NCBI GenBank assembly: GCA_003213595.1
Contig: QCMR01000003.1
Span: forward strand, 7,346-71,345
DNA from: SAR86 cluster bacterium AG-422-E19
GTDB lineage: Bacteria > Pseudomonadota > Gammaproteobacteria > Magnimaribacterales > AG-339-G14
Direction of reading: 5' to 3'
Length of the DNA: 64,000 bases
Below the pieces are notes generated by a model. That model searched no databases, was not told the DNA's origin, and saw nothing but the letters and a program-made list of their open reading frames with translations. The position numbers and the translations under genes were made by a program. Positions 9,517 to 18,838 of this stretch are shown here, piece by piece; positions within the stretch are counted from its first letter, which is position 1, and each line of letters starts with the position of its first letter.

Positions 9517-9522
9517 TATCTC

Positions 9523-9852
9523 CTAATCTTCAATTTTTAAAATTTTTGGTTCTTGAAATTTATCATCTTTACTACCCATCATGTAGGTACATACGATTAT
9601 TAAATCTCCGGTATCTGCTTTATGGGCAGCAGCACCATTTAGAGAAATCTTTTTGCTTCCGGCATCTTCATAAAAGGCATAGGTAACAAACCTATTTCCA
9701 TTTGAAATATTATAGACATGAACTTGTTCATATTCTTTGATATCAAGAGCGTCCATCCAGTCCTTATCAATTCCGCAAGATCCATCGTAGTCAATGTTTG
9801 TAGAAGTAACCTTTACTCTGTGTAACTTAGATTTAAGAACAGTAATGTACAT
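9523..9852 (-). CDS. panD: Aspartate 1-decarboxylase proenzyme
   Basis: KLHRVKVT, the self-cleavage site YDGSCGID, and SLNGAAAH. Confidence 0.9.
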   Translation of the reverse strand: MYITVLKSKLHRVKVTSTNIDYDGSCGIDKDWMDALDIKEYEQVHVYNISNGNRFVTYAFYEDAGSKKISLNGAAAHKADTGDLIIVCTYMMGSKDDKFQEPKILKIED

Positions 9853-9859
9853 ATTTTTA

Positions 9860-9938
9860 TGGCGGACCGGACGGGGCTCGAACCCGCGACCTCCGCCGTG
9901 ACAGGGCGGCGTTCTAACCAGAACTGAACTACCGGTCC
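9860..9938 (-). tRNA. tRNA-Asp (GTC)
   Basis: Hand-folded cloverleaf on the reverse strand: GGACCGG TA GTTC AGTTCTGGTTA GAAC G CCGCC CTGTCAC GGCGG AGGTC GCGGG TTCGAGC CCCGT CCGGTCC G CCA. The CCA end is encoded. Confidence 0.9.
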
Positions 9939-10006
9939 AATTTAGGAAAACAATTATACATAGTATGAAACGAAAGTAACTTACAAAAACAATATAAAAA
10001 CCTAAT

Positions 10007-11602
10007 CTAAGTGATTGCTTCGCTATGGTTAACTTTAAAAGTTATGGGTTTTAAATTCTTATAATTTTTAGATTTAACCGAGGAAACAAAATTGAATTTT
10101 ACGTCTACATATTCCGAAAAAATATTAAGTTCTACATAACCCTTGTTCCTTCCATTAGTCCAAATAAGATCTTTATTTGAATCAATAAATGATTTATCCA
10201 ATGCTTCTGTAAAATCTCCAAAAGTATCAACAAAATTTGGAGATGTGATAGAGGGAGCTCCTATCTCAACGCCAACAAATTTATTATTTTTATCGAATAG
10301 ATTTGAAAGCCAAGAATTGTGTGAATCACCCGCAAGAATGAGACTGGATTGAGAATTACTTATAGTTTTATAAAACTTTTCCCTTTCCTTTGGATATCCG
10401 TCCCACTGATCTGTGTTGTAAGGAATCTCAGTACCAGCTAAAGAAAGATATTTATGGAGAAATTTTGGAAAGTTTTCTTTGTCAACAGCCTTAAAAATTG
10501 TTGGTAAATATTTTGGTCCGATTAGAATTTGTTGTCCAAAAATAGACCATTTAAAAGAACTATCTACTTTAGTTCTTATCCAGTTGAACTGTTCTTTACC
10601 AAGAAGTTTTCTTGGTTTATTAATATCTTTTAAATAAGAAATTTTATTAAAAGAATTACCGTCGAAGTATTTTTCTATATCTAATTGTTTATCTCTTTCA
10701 TATGATCTGGTATCCAACATCATCAAATTTATAAGATTTCCTACCCTGAAATTTCTCCAAATTTTATCTTTTCTGCCTTTCTCACGAATTGGCATCCATT
10801 CGTAATAAGCTTGAAGAGCACTCTTTTTTCTATTAGCAAAAGTACCTTCATCTTTAGAATGGTTCTGAGCTCCTTTTTGCCAACTATCATTAGTAAATTC
10901 ATGATCATCCCAAACAGAAATCATAGGTTTTTTTTGATGTAATAATTTTAGATCGGGATCAGACCTATATGTTGCGTACCTTTTTCGATAATCATCCAAT
11001 GAAACCATTTCGTGTTTCGGATTTACAACTCTACCCATTTGTTCTGCATCCTTTGACGCATAACCACCATGACCATATTCATAGAGATAATCTCCAAGAT
11101 GCAAAACCAAGTCTATTTTTTCATTTTTTGCTATTTCTTTGTAAGCATTAAAATATCCTGCAGGATAATTTGAGCAGCTACAAAAAGCGATATTGAAATT
11201 GCTTGGATTTTCGCTAGGTAATGTTGATGTCATTCCAATATCAGAGGTTTTACCATCTGCTAAAAATCGGTAATAAATTTTTTCACCATTAAACTTTTTT
11301 GGAATTTTTGCATCGACTTTAACTGAATAATCTTTTTTAGAATTTGTCCTGACATGACCATAGGTAATAAGATTTGAAAAATCCTTAGAACTTGAAACTT
11401 CCCACCTAACTCGAATTTCTGGATTACCCATTGGTAAGATTTTTGTCCATAAAATTACATTAGTATTTGTAGGGTCCCCACTCGCCACGCCATACTTGAA
11501 AGAAATAACCGATTCTTTATTAAATGACGGAAAAATACGTATAGGCAGAAAAAGTAAAAGTAGGGCTAAACTTTTTAGAAATTTTCTTCTGTATTTGTTC
11601 AC
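10007..11602 (-). CDS. phoD: PhoD-family alkaline phosphatase/phosphodiesterase, Tat-exported
   Basis: Twin-arginine signal MNKYRRKFLKSLA and the metallophosphatase blocks LHLGDYLYE and VWDDHEF. Confidence 0.85.
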   Translation of the reverse strand: MNKYRRKFLKSLALLLLFLPIRIFPSFNKESVISFKYGVASGDPTNTNVILWTKILPMGNPEIRVRWEVSSSKDFSNLITYGHVRTNSKKDYSVKVDAKIPKKFNGEKIYYRFLADGKTSDIGMTSTLPSENPSNFNIAFCSCSNYPAGYFNAYKEIAKNEKIDLVLHLGDYLYEYGHGGYASKDAEQMGRVVNPKHEMVSLDDYRKRYATYRSDPDLKLLHQKKPMISVWDDHEFTNDSWQKGAQNHSKDEGTFANRKKSALQAYYEWMPIREKGRKDKIWRNFRVGNLINLMMLDTRSYERDKQLDIEKYFDGNSFNKISYLKDINKPRKLLGKEQFNWIRTKVDSSFKWSIFGQQILIGPKYLPTIFKAVDKENFPKFLHKYLSLAGTEIPYNTDQWDGYPKEREKFYKTISNSQSSLILAGDSHNSWLSNLFDKNNKFVGVEIGAPSITSPNFVDTFGDFTEALDKSFIDSNKDLIWTNGRNKGYVELNIFSEYVDVKFNFVSSVKSKNYKNLKPITFKVNHSEAIT

Positions 11603-11656
11603 AAGGTTAATTTAACACTCAAAAAAAATATGCCAATTAAAAAATGATGTTTTTGA

Positions 11657-11732
11657 TGGTGGGCGACACAGGACTTGAACCTGTAACTTCCACCTTGTAA
11701 GGGTGGCACTCTACCAATTGAGTTAGTCGCCC
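11657..11732 (-). tRNA. tRNA-Val (TAC)
   Basis: Reverse strand: GGGCGAC TA ACTC AATTGGTA GAGT G CCACC CTTACAA GGTGG AAGTT ACAGG TTCAAGT CCTGT GTCGCCC A CCA. Confidence 0.9.
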
Positions 11733-11820
11733 AAAAGAGAAAGCATTATACCCAAATTAAATATAATCAAATGGACATTGTGAAAAAATTAGTGCATATT
11801 TTTTTCTTTATAAAGAAGTA

Positions 11821-13452
11821 ATGAAGCAACTAGAATCTCAACCCTTCCAATCAAAACTAAATTTAAATTCTGAAGAATTTGAGAACAACAAGTCATCCAT
11901 GCTAGAGATGATTTCTGAATTGAATGAACTGTTAGATGAAGCTGAAGCAGGCGGTGGTCCAGATCATCATAAAAGATTAGCAGCAAGGGGAAAACTTCCA
12001 GTTCGAGAAAGAGTTTTCCACTTCTTGGATCCAGATAGTCCTTTTTTAGAAATTAGCGGTTTAGCGGCCTACAAATCTGAATACCCTATAGGTGGCGGTG
12101 CTTTTGCTGGTATTGGAGTATCTTCAGGAATCGAGTGTGTAATCTTTGCAAATGATCCTACTGTTCTTGCAGGAGCAATGCATTTTTACTCTGTAAAAAA
12201 ATGGATGAGATGTATGCAAATTGCACGAGATTGTCGTATTCCTTTCATTCAATTTGTTGAATCTGCTGGAGGTGATTTACGTCCAAGAGCCGGAGCTGCC
12301 GTTGGCGGAATGGGTCATTTTGCTGAATCAGGTAGACAATTTTATGAAATCACTGAGCTTTCAAAACTAAACATTCCAACTATAACTGTTGCTTTCGGAA
12401 CTGCTACCGCTGGTGGAGCTTATCAACCTGGGATGTCGGACTATAATATTTTTGTTAAAAACCAAGCAGATGTTGCCCTTGCAGGACCACCTTTAGTTCA
12501 AATGGCAACTGGTGAAATTTCTTCCAGAGAAGACATTGGGGGCGCAAAAATGCATGCCGAAAAGTCTGGTTTAGCTGAATATTTAGCTGAAGATGATTTA
12601 GATGGAATAAGAATTGCTCGAGAAGTAATGTCTCATTTAAATTGGGATAAAGAAGGGAATAATCCTCGATTTGAAATAGCTCCTCCTAAATATAGTCAAG
12701 AAGACTTGTTGGGAATTATCGAGCCAAGTTTAAAGACTCCTTTTGATATCAGAGAGATAATTGGTCGTATCTCCGATGGATCAAAGTTCGAAGAATTCAA
12801 ACCACTTTTTGGACCGACAATAATTTGTGGTTTTATTTCCATTCACGGATATCCAGTTGGTGTGCTTGGAAATAACGGTATGCTTTTTCCCGATGCTTCT
12901 CAAAAAGCAGCCCACTTCATACAACTATGCAACAAAAGAAATTTACCTTTAGTTTTTCTTCAAAATATCACTGGATTTATGGTCGGAAAAGATTATGAAC
13001 AAGATGGTTCCATTAAAAAAGGAGCTCAAATGTTAAATGCTGTTTCAAACTCAAACGTTCCACATCTTACAGTGATAGTAGGTAATTCATATGGGGCTGG
13101 AACTTATGCAATGTCTGGAAGAGAATTTGGGAATTCTTTCACGTTTCTTTGGCCAACTGCAAAAATTGCAGTAATGGGTGGAGAAGTGATCGCAGGAGTG
13201 ATGTCTATAGTGAGAAGAGGTCAAGCTGCAAGAAAAGGTCTTAAATTTGATGAAAAAGCTGACGCAGAAATTGTTAAAAATCAACAAATCTCTCATGATA
13301 AGGGTTCCAAAGCTTTGAGAGCTACAAGCGTTATTAGTGATGACGGAATTATAGATCCCCGAGATACGAGAAATGTATTGGGAATGTGTTTATCGATTGT
13401 TAATAATAAAGAAGTTAAAGGATCAGAAGGATTTGGGGTATTTAGGTTATGA
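11821..13452 (+). CDS. Acyl-CoA carboxylase carboxyltransferase (beta) subunit, methylcrotonyl-/geranyl-CoA carboxylase type
   Basis: 543 aa of the carboxyl-transferase family, MCC-beta/AtuC type by overall similarity. ATGA overlap with the alpha subunit gene. Confidence 0.85.
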   Translation: MKQLESQPFQSKLNLNSEEFENNKSSMLEMISELNELLDEAEAGGGPDHHKRLAARGKLPVRERVFHFLDPDSPFLEISGLAAYKSEYPIGGGAFAGIGVSSGIECVIFANDPTVLAGAMHFYSVKKWMRCMQIARDCRIPFIQFVESAGGDLRPRAGAAVGGMGHFAESGRQFYEITELSKLNIPTITVAFGTATAGGAYQPGMSDYNIFVKNQADVALAGPPLVQMATGEISSREDIGGAKMHAEKSGLAEYLAEDDLDGIRIAREVMSHLNWDKEGNNPRFEIAPPKYSQEDLLGIIEPSLKTPFDIREIIGRISDGSKFEEFKPLFGPTIICGFISIHGYPVGVLGNNGMLFPDASQKAAHFIQLCNKRNLPLVFLQNITGFMVGKDYEQDGSIKKGAQMLNAVSNSNVPHLTVIVGNSYGAGTYAMSGREFGNSFTFLWPTAKIAVMGGEVIAGVMSIVRRGQAARKGLKFDEKADAEIVKNQQISHDKGSKALRATSVISDDGIIDPRDTRNVLGMCLSIVNNKEVKGSEGFGVFRL

Positions 13453-15368
13453 CAATTAAAAAATTGTTGATTTCAAACAGGGGAGAAATCGCAAGTAGAA
13501 TCATAAAAAGTGCTCACGATATGGGAATAACCTGTGTAGCTATCTATACAGAGGCTGATAAAAATACTCCTTATGTTAGAGAGGCAGATCAGTCTTTTAA
13601 ACTTTCAGATTCATATTTAAATGCTAAAGAAATTTTAGAAATCGCTAAAAAAAATAATGTAGATGCAATTCACCCTGGTTATGGATTTTTATCTGAAAAT
13701 GCTAATTTTGCGAATAATGTAAAAAAAGCAGGAATCAAGTGGGTAGGTCCTTCTGCAAACGCCATAAAAAAAATGGGAGATAAAATTACTGCAAAAACTT
13801 TAGCAGAAAAAGCCGGTGTACCCACCCTACCTTCAGGTTCTTCAGCTAAAGATGCAAACAAAATTGGTTATCCTATCCTTGTTAAAGCTGCCGCAGGAGG
13901 TGGTGGTAAAGGTATGCGTATTGTCAAAAGTTCAAAGGATTTGAAAGAATCTATTGCTTCTGCAGAGAGAGAAGCTGAGGGTGGCTTTGGTGATAAGAGA
14001 GTTTTTTTAGAAAGATATATTGAAAAGTCTAGACACATAGAAGTACAAATCCTCGGCGATTCCTATGGTAATTTGGTTCATTTGGGAGAAAGAGAATGTT
14101 CAATTCAAAGGAGACATCAAAAGGTAGTTGAAGAGTCGCCCTCGCCCATGGTTGATGATTCCATGAGAGAAAAAATGGGAGATGCTGCCATAAAGTTAGC
14201 TTCGAAATTGAAGTATGAATCAGCTGGAACTATTGAATTTCTCGTTGATGAGAAGACAAAAGAATTTTGGTTTCTTGAGGTTAATACCAGGCTTCAAGTT
14301 GAACATCCTGTTACTGAAGAAGTTACCGGAATTGATCTTGTAAAAGAACAGCTCAGAATAGCCGAGGGTGAGTCTTTAGGTTATGACCAATCCGATATAG
14401 ATTGGTTTGGAAGCTCTATAGAGGTGAGACTGTATGCCGAAGATCCGAATAATGATTTCTTACCGGTAACTGGAAAGATGATTTCTTTTTTACCGGCAGA
14501 TGATCCTCTCGTTAGATGGGATGTAGGAATTGAATCTGGGTCAGTCATTACTCCTGATTTTGATCCAATGTTAGCTAAAGTTATTTCTTATGGAGAAACT
14601 AGAACAGAAGCTGCAAAAAAATTAGCTCTTGCTTTAGAAAATAGTCACTTTGGTGGAATGCAAACAAATCGAGAATTCTTAATAGCTATTTTAAGATCTG
14701 AGAAATTTCTAAAAGGTGCTACCACTACTGATTTCATCGAGAAAGAAAAACTAAGTGGAGAAGTAGACCTTTCCGAAGAAGAAATAAAAAATTATGCAAA
14801 AGCAGCAAGTTTATGGATTCAAGGATTGAATAGAGAAAACTCTTCTGTTTTAACGAATATGGATTCAGGGTGGAACAATGCAAGGTTACCTTTTCAGGAA
14901 GTTAAACTTTCTTTAAAGGATTCAAATTTTATTATTAATTATAAAAAATCAAGAGATGGTAAGTTTAAATTTTCTGATTCAGAATTGGCAACCGTCTATG
15001 AATGGAAAGATAATTTTATAGATGTAGAAATATCGGGATCCAGACTCAGATCGAAGGTATCTTTTGAAGATAATCTTTTATTGATTCATACCTACAAAGG
15101 AGATTTGCTATTTAATATTTTACCCAAATTTGAAGTTAAAGATTCAGGAATAATTGAAGGCGGTCTAAATGCACCAATGCCAGGAAAGGTAGTAGAAGTC
15201 CAAATTAAAAAAGGTTCTTCCGTTAAAAAAGGAGATACTTTGATTATCTTAGAGGCGATGAAAATGGAACACAAAGTAAGTGCTCCGTCATCCGGAAAGA
15301 TTAAAAATATTTTAGTTTCTAAAGGTGAACAAGTAGAAAACGGTCAAACCTTAGTTGTCTTGGATTAA
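13449..15368 (+). CDS. Acyl-CoA carboxylase biotin carboxylase/BCCP (alpha) subunit
   Basis: ATP-grasp biotin carboxylase (KAAAGGGGKGMRIV, EVNTRLQVEHPVTE) and a C-terminal biotinyl domain with EAMKMEH. Confidence 0.9.
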   Translation: MTIKKLLISNRGEIASRIIKSAHDMGITCVAIYTEADKNTPYVREADQSFKLSDSYLNAKEILEIAKKNNVDAIHPGYGFLSENANFANNVKKAGIKWVGPSANAIKKMGDKITAKTLAEKAGVPTLPSGSSAKDANKIGYPILVKAAAGGGGKGMRIVKSSKDLKESIASAEREAEGGFGDKRVFLERYIEKSRHIEVQILGDSYGNLVHLGERECSIQRRHQKVVEESPSPMVDDSMREKMGDAAIKLASKLKYESAGTIEFLVDEKTKEFWFLEVNTRLQVEHPVTEEVTGIDLVKEQLRIAEGESLGYDQSDIDWFGSSIEVRLYAEDPNNDFLPVTGKMISFLPADDPLVRWDVGIESGSVITPDFDPMLAKVISYGETRTEAAKKLALALENSHFGGMQTNREFLIAILRSEKFLKGATTTDFIEKEKLSGEVDLSEEEIKNYAKAASLWIQGLNRENSSVLTNMDSGWNNARLPFQEVKLSLKDSNFIINYKKSRDGKFKFSDSELATVYEWKDNFIDVEISGSRLRSKVSFEDNLLLIHTYKGDLLFNILPKFEVKDSGIIEGGLNAPMPGKVVEVQIKKGSSVKKGDTLIILEAMKMEHKVSAPSSGKIKNILVSKGEQVENGQTLVVLD

Positions 15369-16156
15369 TCCCATTTGGGCTCTCTTTTCTCTAGAAAGGC
15401 AGCAATTCCCTCTTTTGCGTCAGGACCAGCAAAAGTTTCAGCACTCTTCTTTCCTAAATAAGGCAATGCTTCATCAAAATTCATATTGTCTTGATTTACA
15501 TATGCTTCAAGTCCAAATTGCATTGTACCAGGAGCAAGACTGGCTAAATCCTTTGCTAATTTAGCGACAGTTTCGTCTAAAGCTTCTGGAGCTACGGATT
15601 CATTAATCAATCCCCACTCTTGAGCTTTATTCGCATCTATTGCCTGACCACGCATACAGAAATCTAATCCAACTCTCTTAGGCATAACTCTAAATAATCC
15701 AGCCATAACCATATGAGGCCAAACTCCACGAAGAATTTCAGGAGCCGAAAATTTTGCAGATTCAACAGCAATTGCATGAGTACAATTTGTAACCATCAGA
15801 AGAGCACCAGCATGAACCGATCCTTGAATTTTACAAATAACAGGTTTGTACAAATGCCTAATTGAGAGACTTATATCGTCTGATCCCTCCAGCCTAGGAA
15901 CGTTTGATTCTTCCTGTTTTCTATTTAAGTCTGCTCCTGCACAAAAAACATCTCCTTCCGCTGCAATAATTACAACTCTTATAGCTCTTTCTTGTTTGGC
16001 ATATGCAAGTGCATAATTTATTTCATTCATCATTACATTGTTTAGTGCATTTTTCTTTTCAGGCCTGTTCAAAGTAATAGTTAAAATGTGGTTAGAAACA
16101 TCTATTTTAGTTGCTTGAAAAGTTAGATTTTCTATTGAAAGTTTTTTGCTTGTCAT
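15365..16156 (-). CDS. Enoyl-CoA hydratase/isomerase family protein
   Basis: Crotonase fold with the FCAGADL motif. Convergent with the carboxylase alpha gene, overlapping it by 4 nt. Confidence 0.85.
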   Translation of the reverse strand: MTSKKLSIENLTFQATKIDVSNHILTITLNRPEKKNALNNVMMNEINYALAYAKQERAIRVVIIAAEGDVFCAGADLNRKQEESNVPRLEGSDDISLSIRHLYKPVICKIQGSVHAGALLMVTNCTHAIAVESAKFSAPEILRGVWPHMVMAGLFRVMPKRVGLDFCMRGQAIDANKAQEWGLINESVAPEALDETVAKLAKDLASLAPGTMQFGLEAYVNQDNMNFDEALPYLGKKSAETFAGPDAKEGIAAFLEKREPKWD

Positions 16157-16162
16157 TTTGTC

Positions 16163-17926
16163 TTATTTTAAAATAATTTTAGGCACATTAATTTTTTTAG
16201 CTCTTAAATATTCCCCTAGCGATTTTGCCTGCCCGTCCATTCTTGTTGATGAAGAAACTCCATCTTGCAAAATTCCGTGAATATAAAAATTTAAAGATAA
16301 AATATTAGGTAATTCAAATCTATCAATTTCAAAAGATTTTAAATCTGGGAGCAATTCTTTCAATTTATCAATTGTTAAATAATCAAATAAAAATCCATAA
16401 GCTTCCGGATTTTTACTCCATACACCAAGATTAGCGCAACCCCCTTTATCTCCAGATCTGGTACCAAAGATATCTCCAAAAAATATTTCCGTATCAGGAT
16501 TTTCAGTTATTTGTTTTACTTCAGCAGGTTCCTTTTGGTAATAAACTTCTTCAAAGTCCAGTTGGCTAGTTGGAATAACTTCCATGGTCTTGCCATCAAA
16601 ATGCACTTTTTCCTTTATAAATTTACTATCAACCAATGCTGGCCAATACTCAATATAAGGTCCGCTAGGGACAACTCCACTTCTTCCTGTCCAGCCTGGA
16701 AAGTTTGCTAAGGCTAATTCAATTATTTTAGCGCTGAATAATCGCCCTGCTAAATCAGGGTTTTGAGACATCACATCAATTCTTAGAAAGGCTTGTGCCT
16801 GTTCATTGCTTTCTGGATTTTCTTTATCAGTCCTATGTAACTGTATATCTACCTTATCAAACTGCTCTTTACCACCAACCGAATCAAAAATAGTTTCAGT
16901 AATTAATTTAGCTTTTTCTTCAATATCTAAACCCGTAAGAAGTAACTCAGTCCCATTTCTGAAACCTCCCGCAAGATTAATACAAACTTTATGATCTTTA
17001 GGTGGACTACTTCCTCTACAGCCAGAAACAAATACTCTATCTTCGGCCTCTTGTTCAATTTTTAGAGTATCAAAATGAGAAATAACATCTGGATTTACAT
17101 AAGCAGGAGAACCTATCTCATAGAGAAGCTGTGCTGTGACGGTACCAACCGAAACCAATCCTCCGGTATTTGGGTGTTTGGTAATTATAAAGCTGCCATC
17201 TTGGTTTATTTCAGCTATTGGATAACCAATATCTTTAAAAGTAGGAACTTCTTTAAAAAAAGAATAATTACCGCCAGTGGCTTGAGCACCGCATTCGATT
17301 ATATGGCCAGCTGCAAGAGCTCCGGCAAGCTGATCATAATCATTTCTTGACCAATTAAATTTCCATGCTGCAGGACCTATAACTACTGCAGCATCTGTGA
17401 CTCTCGGGCAAATGACCACATCAGCGCCGTTATCTAAAGCCTCTTTAATACCCCAAGCTCCTAAGTAAGCGTTAGCAGTAAGTGGTTTTTTCTCATAAGA
17501 AAAAAGATCGTTATTCTTATCAATATTTTTTAGTTTTTCACCAGACGAACTTAATTCATCAAGTCTAGGCATCAAATCGTCACCATCAATATAAGCGACC
17601 TTCAAATCAAGATTCAATTCTTTGATTATATTTTCAACTTCAGCTGCCATTGAAGCAGGATTCAAACCTCCTGCATTAGAAACAATTTTAATTTTTTGAT
17701 CATTGCAGAGTTTTGCTACATCTCTAAATTGTTTCAGAAAGGTTCCTACATATCCTAGATTTTCTCCCCTTTTAATTTTCTGGTTATACAAAATAGTCAT
17801 CGTCAATTCAGCAAGATAGTCTCCTGTTAAAACATCTATTGGTCCGCCTTCAACCATTTTTTTTGCTATGGACAGATTGTCTCCATAAAATCCACTGCAA
17901 TTTGCTATCTTTATTACTTCTGACAT
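16163..17926 (-). CDS. AtuA-like acyclic terpene utilisation protein (DUF1446) with C-terminal extension
   Basis: N-terminus IKIANCSGFYGDNL...GPIDVLTGDYLAELTM is typical of DUF1446/AtuA. At 587 aa it also covers a C-terminal part that, as I recall, can be a separate small protein in other genomes. Confidence 0.75.
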   Translation of the reverse strand: MSEVIKIANCSGFYGDNLSIAKKMVEGGPIDVLTGDYLAELTMTILYNQKIKRGENLGYVGTFLKQFRDVAKLCNDQKIKIVSNAGGLNPASMAAEVENIIKELNLDLKVAYIDGDDLMPRLDELSSSGEKLKNIDKNNDLFSYEKKPLTANAYLGAWGIKEALDNGADVVICPRVTDAAVVIGPAAWKFNWSRNDYDQLAGALAAGHIIECGAQATGGNYSFFKEVPTFKDIGYPIAEINQDGSFIITKHPNTGGLVSVGTVTAQLLYEIGSPAYVNPDVISHFDTLKIEQEAEDRVFVSGCRGSSPPKDHKVCINLAGGFRNGTELLLTGLDIEEKAKLITETIFDSVGGKEQFDKVDIQLHRTDKENPESNEQAQAFLRIDVMSQNPDLAGRLFSAKIIELALANFPGWTGRSGVVPSGPYIEYWPALVDSKFIKEKVHFDGKTMEVIPTSQLDFEEVYYQKEPAEVKQITENPDTEIFFGDIFGTRSGDKGGCANLGVWSKNPEAYGFLFDYLTIDKLKELLPDLKSFEIDRFELPNILSLNFYIHGILQDGVSSSTRMDGQAKSLGEYLRAKKINVPKIILK

Positions 17927-18808
17927 TTAATTCTTTATAGTTTTTTGATCGGAAATCCCTGCTAAATAAATCCCAATTAAGAGAATAGTAGCACCGAAAA
18001 TCTGCTGTATTAAGAACATTTCCTGAAAAAACATAAAGCCAAGAAATGCTGCCGTAAGAGGTTGTAACAATAATATTAATGAAGAAAATTGAACTCTTAT
18101 TAAAGATAATCCGTAAATTATTAAACCTTGACCAGCTATCTGAACAAATAGTGCCTGTGAAGTAACGTTCAACCATCCAAATAAAGTTGTTGGGATCATT
18201 TGACCTGATTCAAAAAAAATACTGCCTAAGAATAGAGGTATGCTTCCAAATAATGCTGAAAAAAACATTAAATCAAAAGTTTCATATTTTTCTGAAAAGA
18301 TTTTTACAGAGATCAAGTATCCTGAATAAAAAATTGCTGCTAACAAAGATAATAAATCACCTCTAAAAGATTGATGTTCATTTTGTTCAAATAAAATCAT
18401 AATTACTCCTAACAAACAGCATGAGCCTGCAAAATAAAAAAATAAATCTAGATTATCCTTAAAAAAGAAATAAGAAATTATGGCAACATAAATTGGCGCT
18501 GTATTTACAAAGAGTGCTGCATTTGCAACAGAGGTCTGATTAATTGACCAATGCCATAAAGTTATGTCGCTCCCAAAAAATAAACCTGGAATAGCGAGAA
18601 TTAAGATATCTTTTAAACGTAAATTAGAAAATTTCCTTCTGTAAACTCCATAAAAAAATAAAATAATTGATGCAATTAAAAATCTATAAAATCCTGTCAG
18701 CGCAGGTGATATTTCACTCGTTCTTACTAAGATAGGTACAATTCCTATTAAAATAGCCCCTACAGATGTGGACAAAATACCAATTTTTCTTGTTGTAAGA
18801 TTTATCAT
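17927..18808 (-). CDS. EamA/DMT-family transporter
   Basis: 293 aa with about 10 TM helices and two EamA-like halves. Its stop abuts the AtuA start with no spacer. Confidence 0.75.
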   Translation of the reverse strand: MINLTTRKIGILSTSVGAILIGIVPILVRTSEISPALTGFYRFLIASIILFFYGVYRRKFSNLRLKDILILAIPGLFFGSDITLWHWSINQTSVANAALFVNTAPIYVAIISYFFFKDNLDLFFYFAGSCCLLGVIMILFEQNEHQSFRGDLLSLLAAIFYSGYLISVKIFSEKYETFDLMFFSALFGSIPLFLGSIFFESGQMIPTTLFGWLNVTSQALFVQIAGQGLIIYGLSLIRVQFSSLILLLQPLTAAFLGFMFFQEMFLIQQIFGATILLIGIYLAGISDQKTIKN

Positions 18809-18838
18809 TTTTAAAGGAACTATCGATATACTGTAGCA

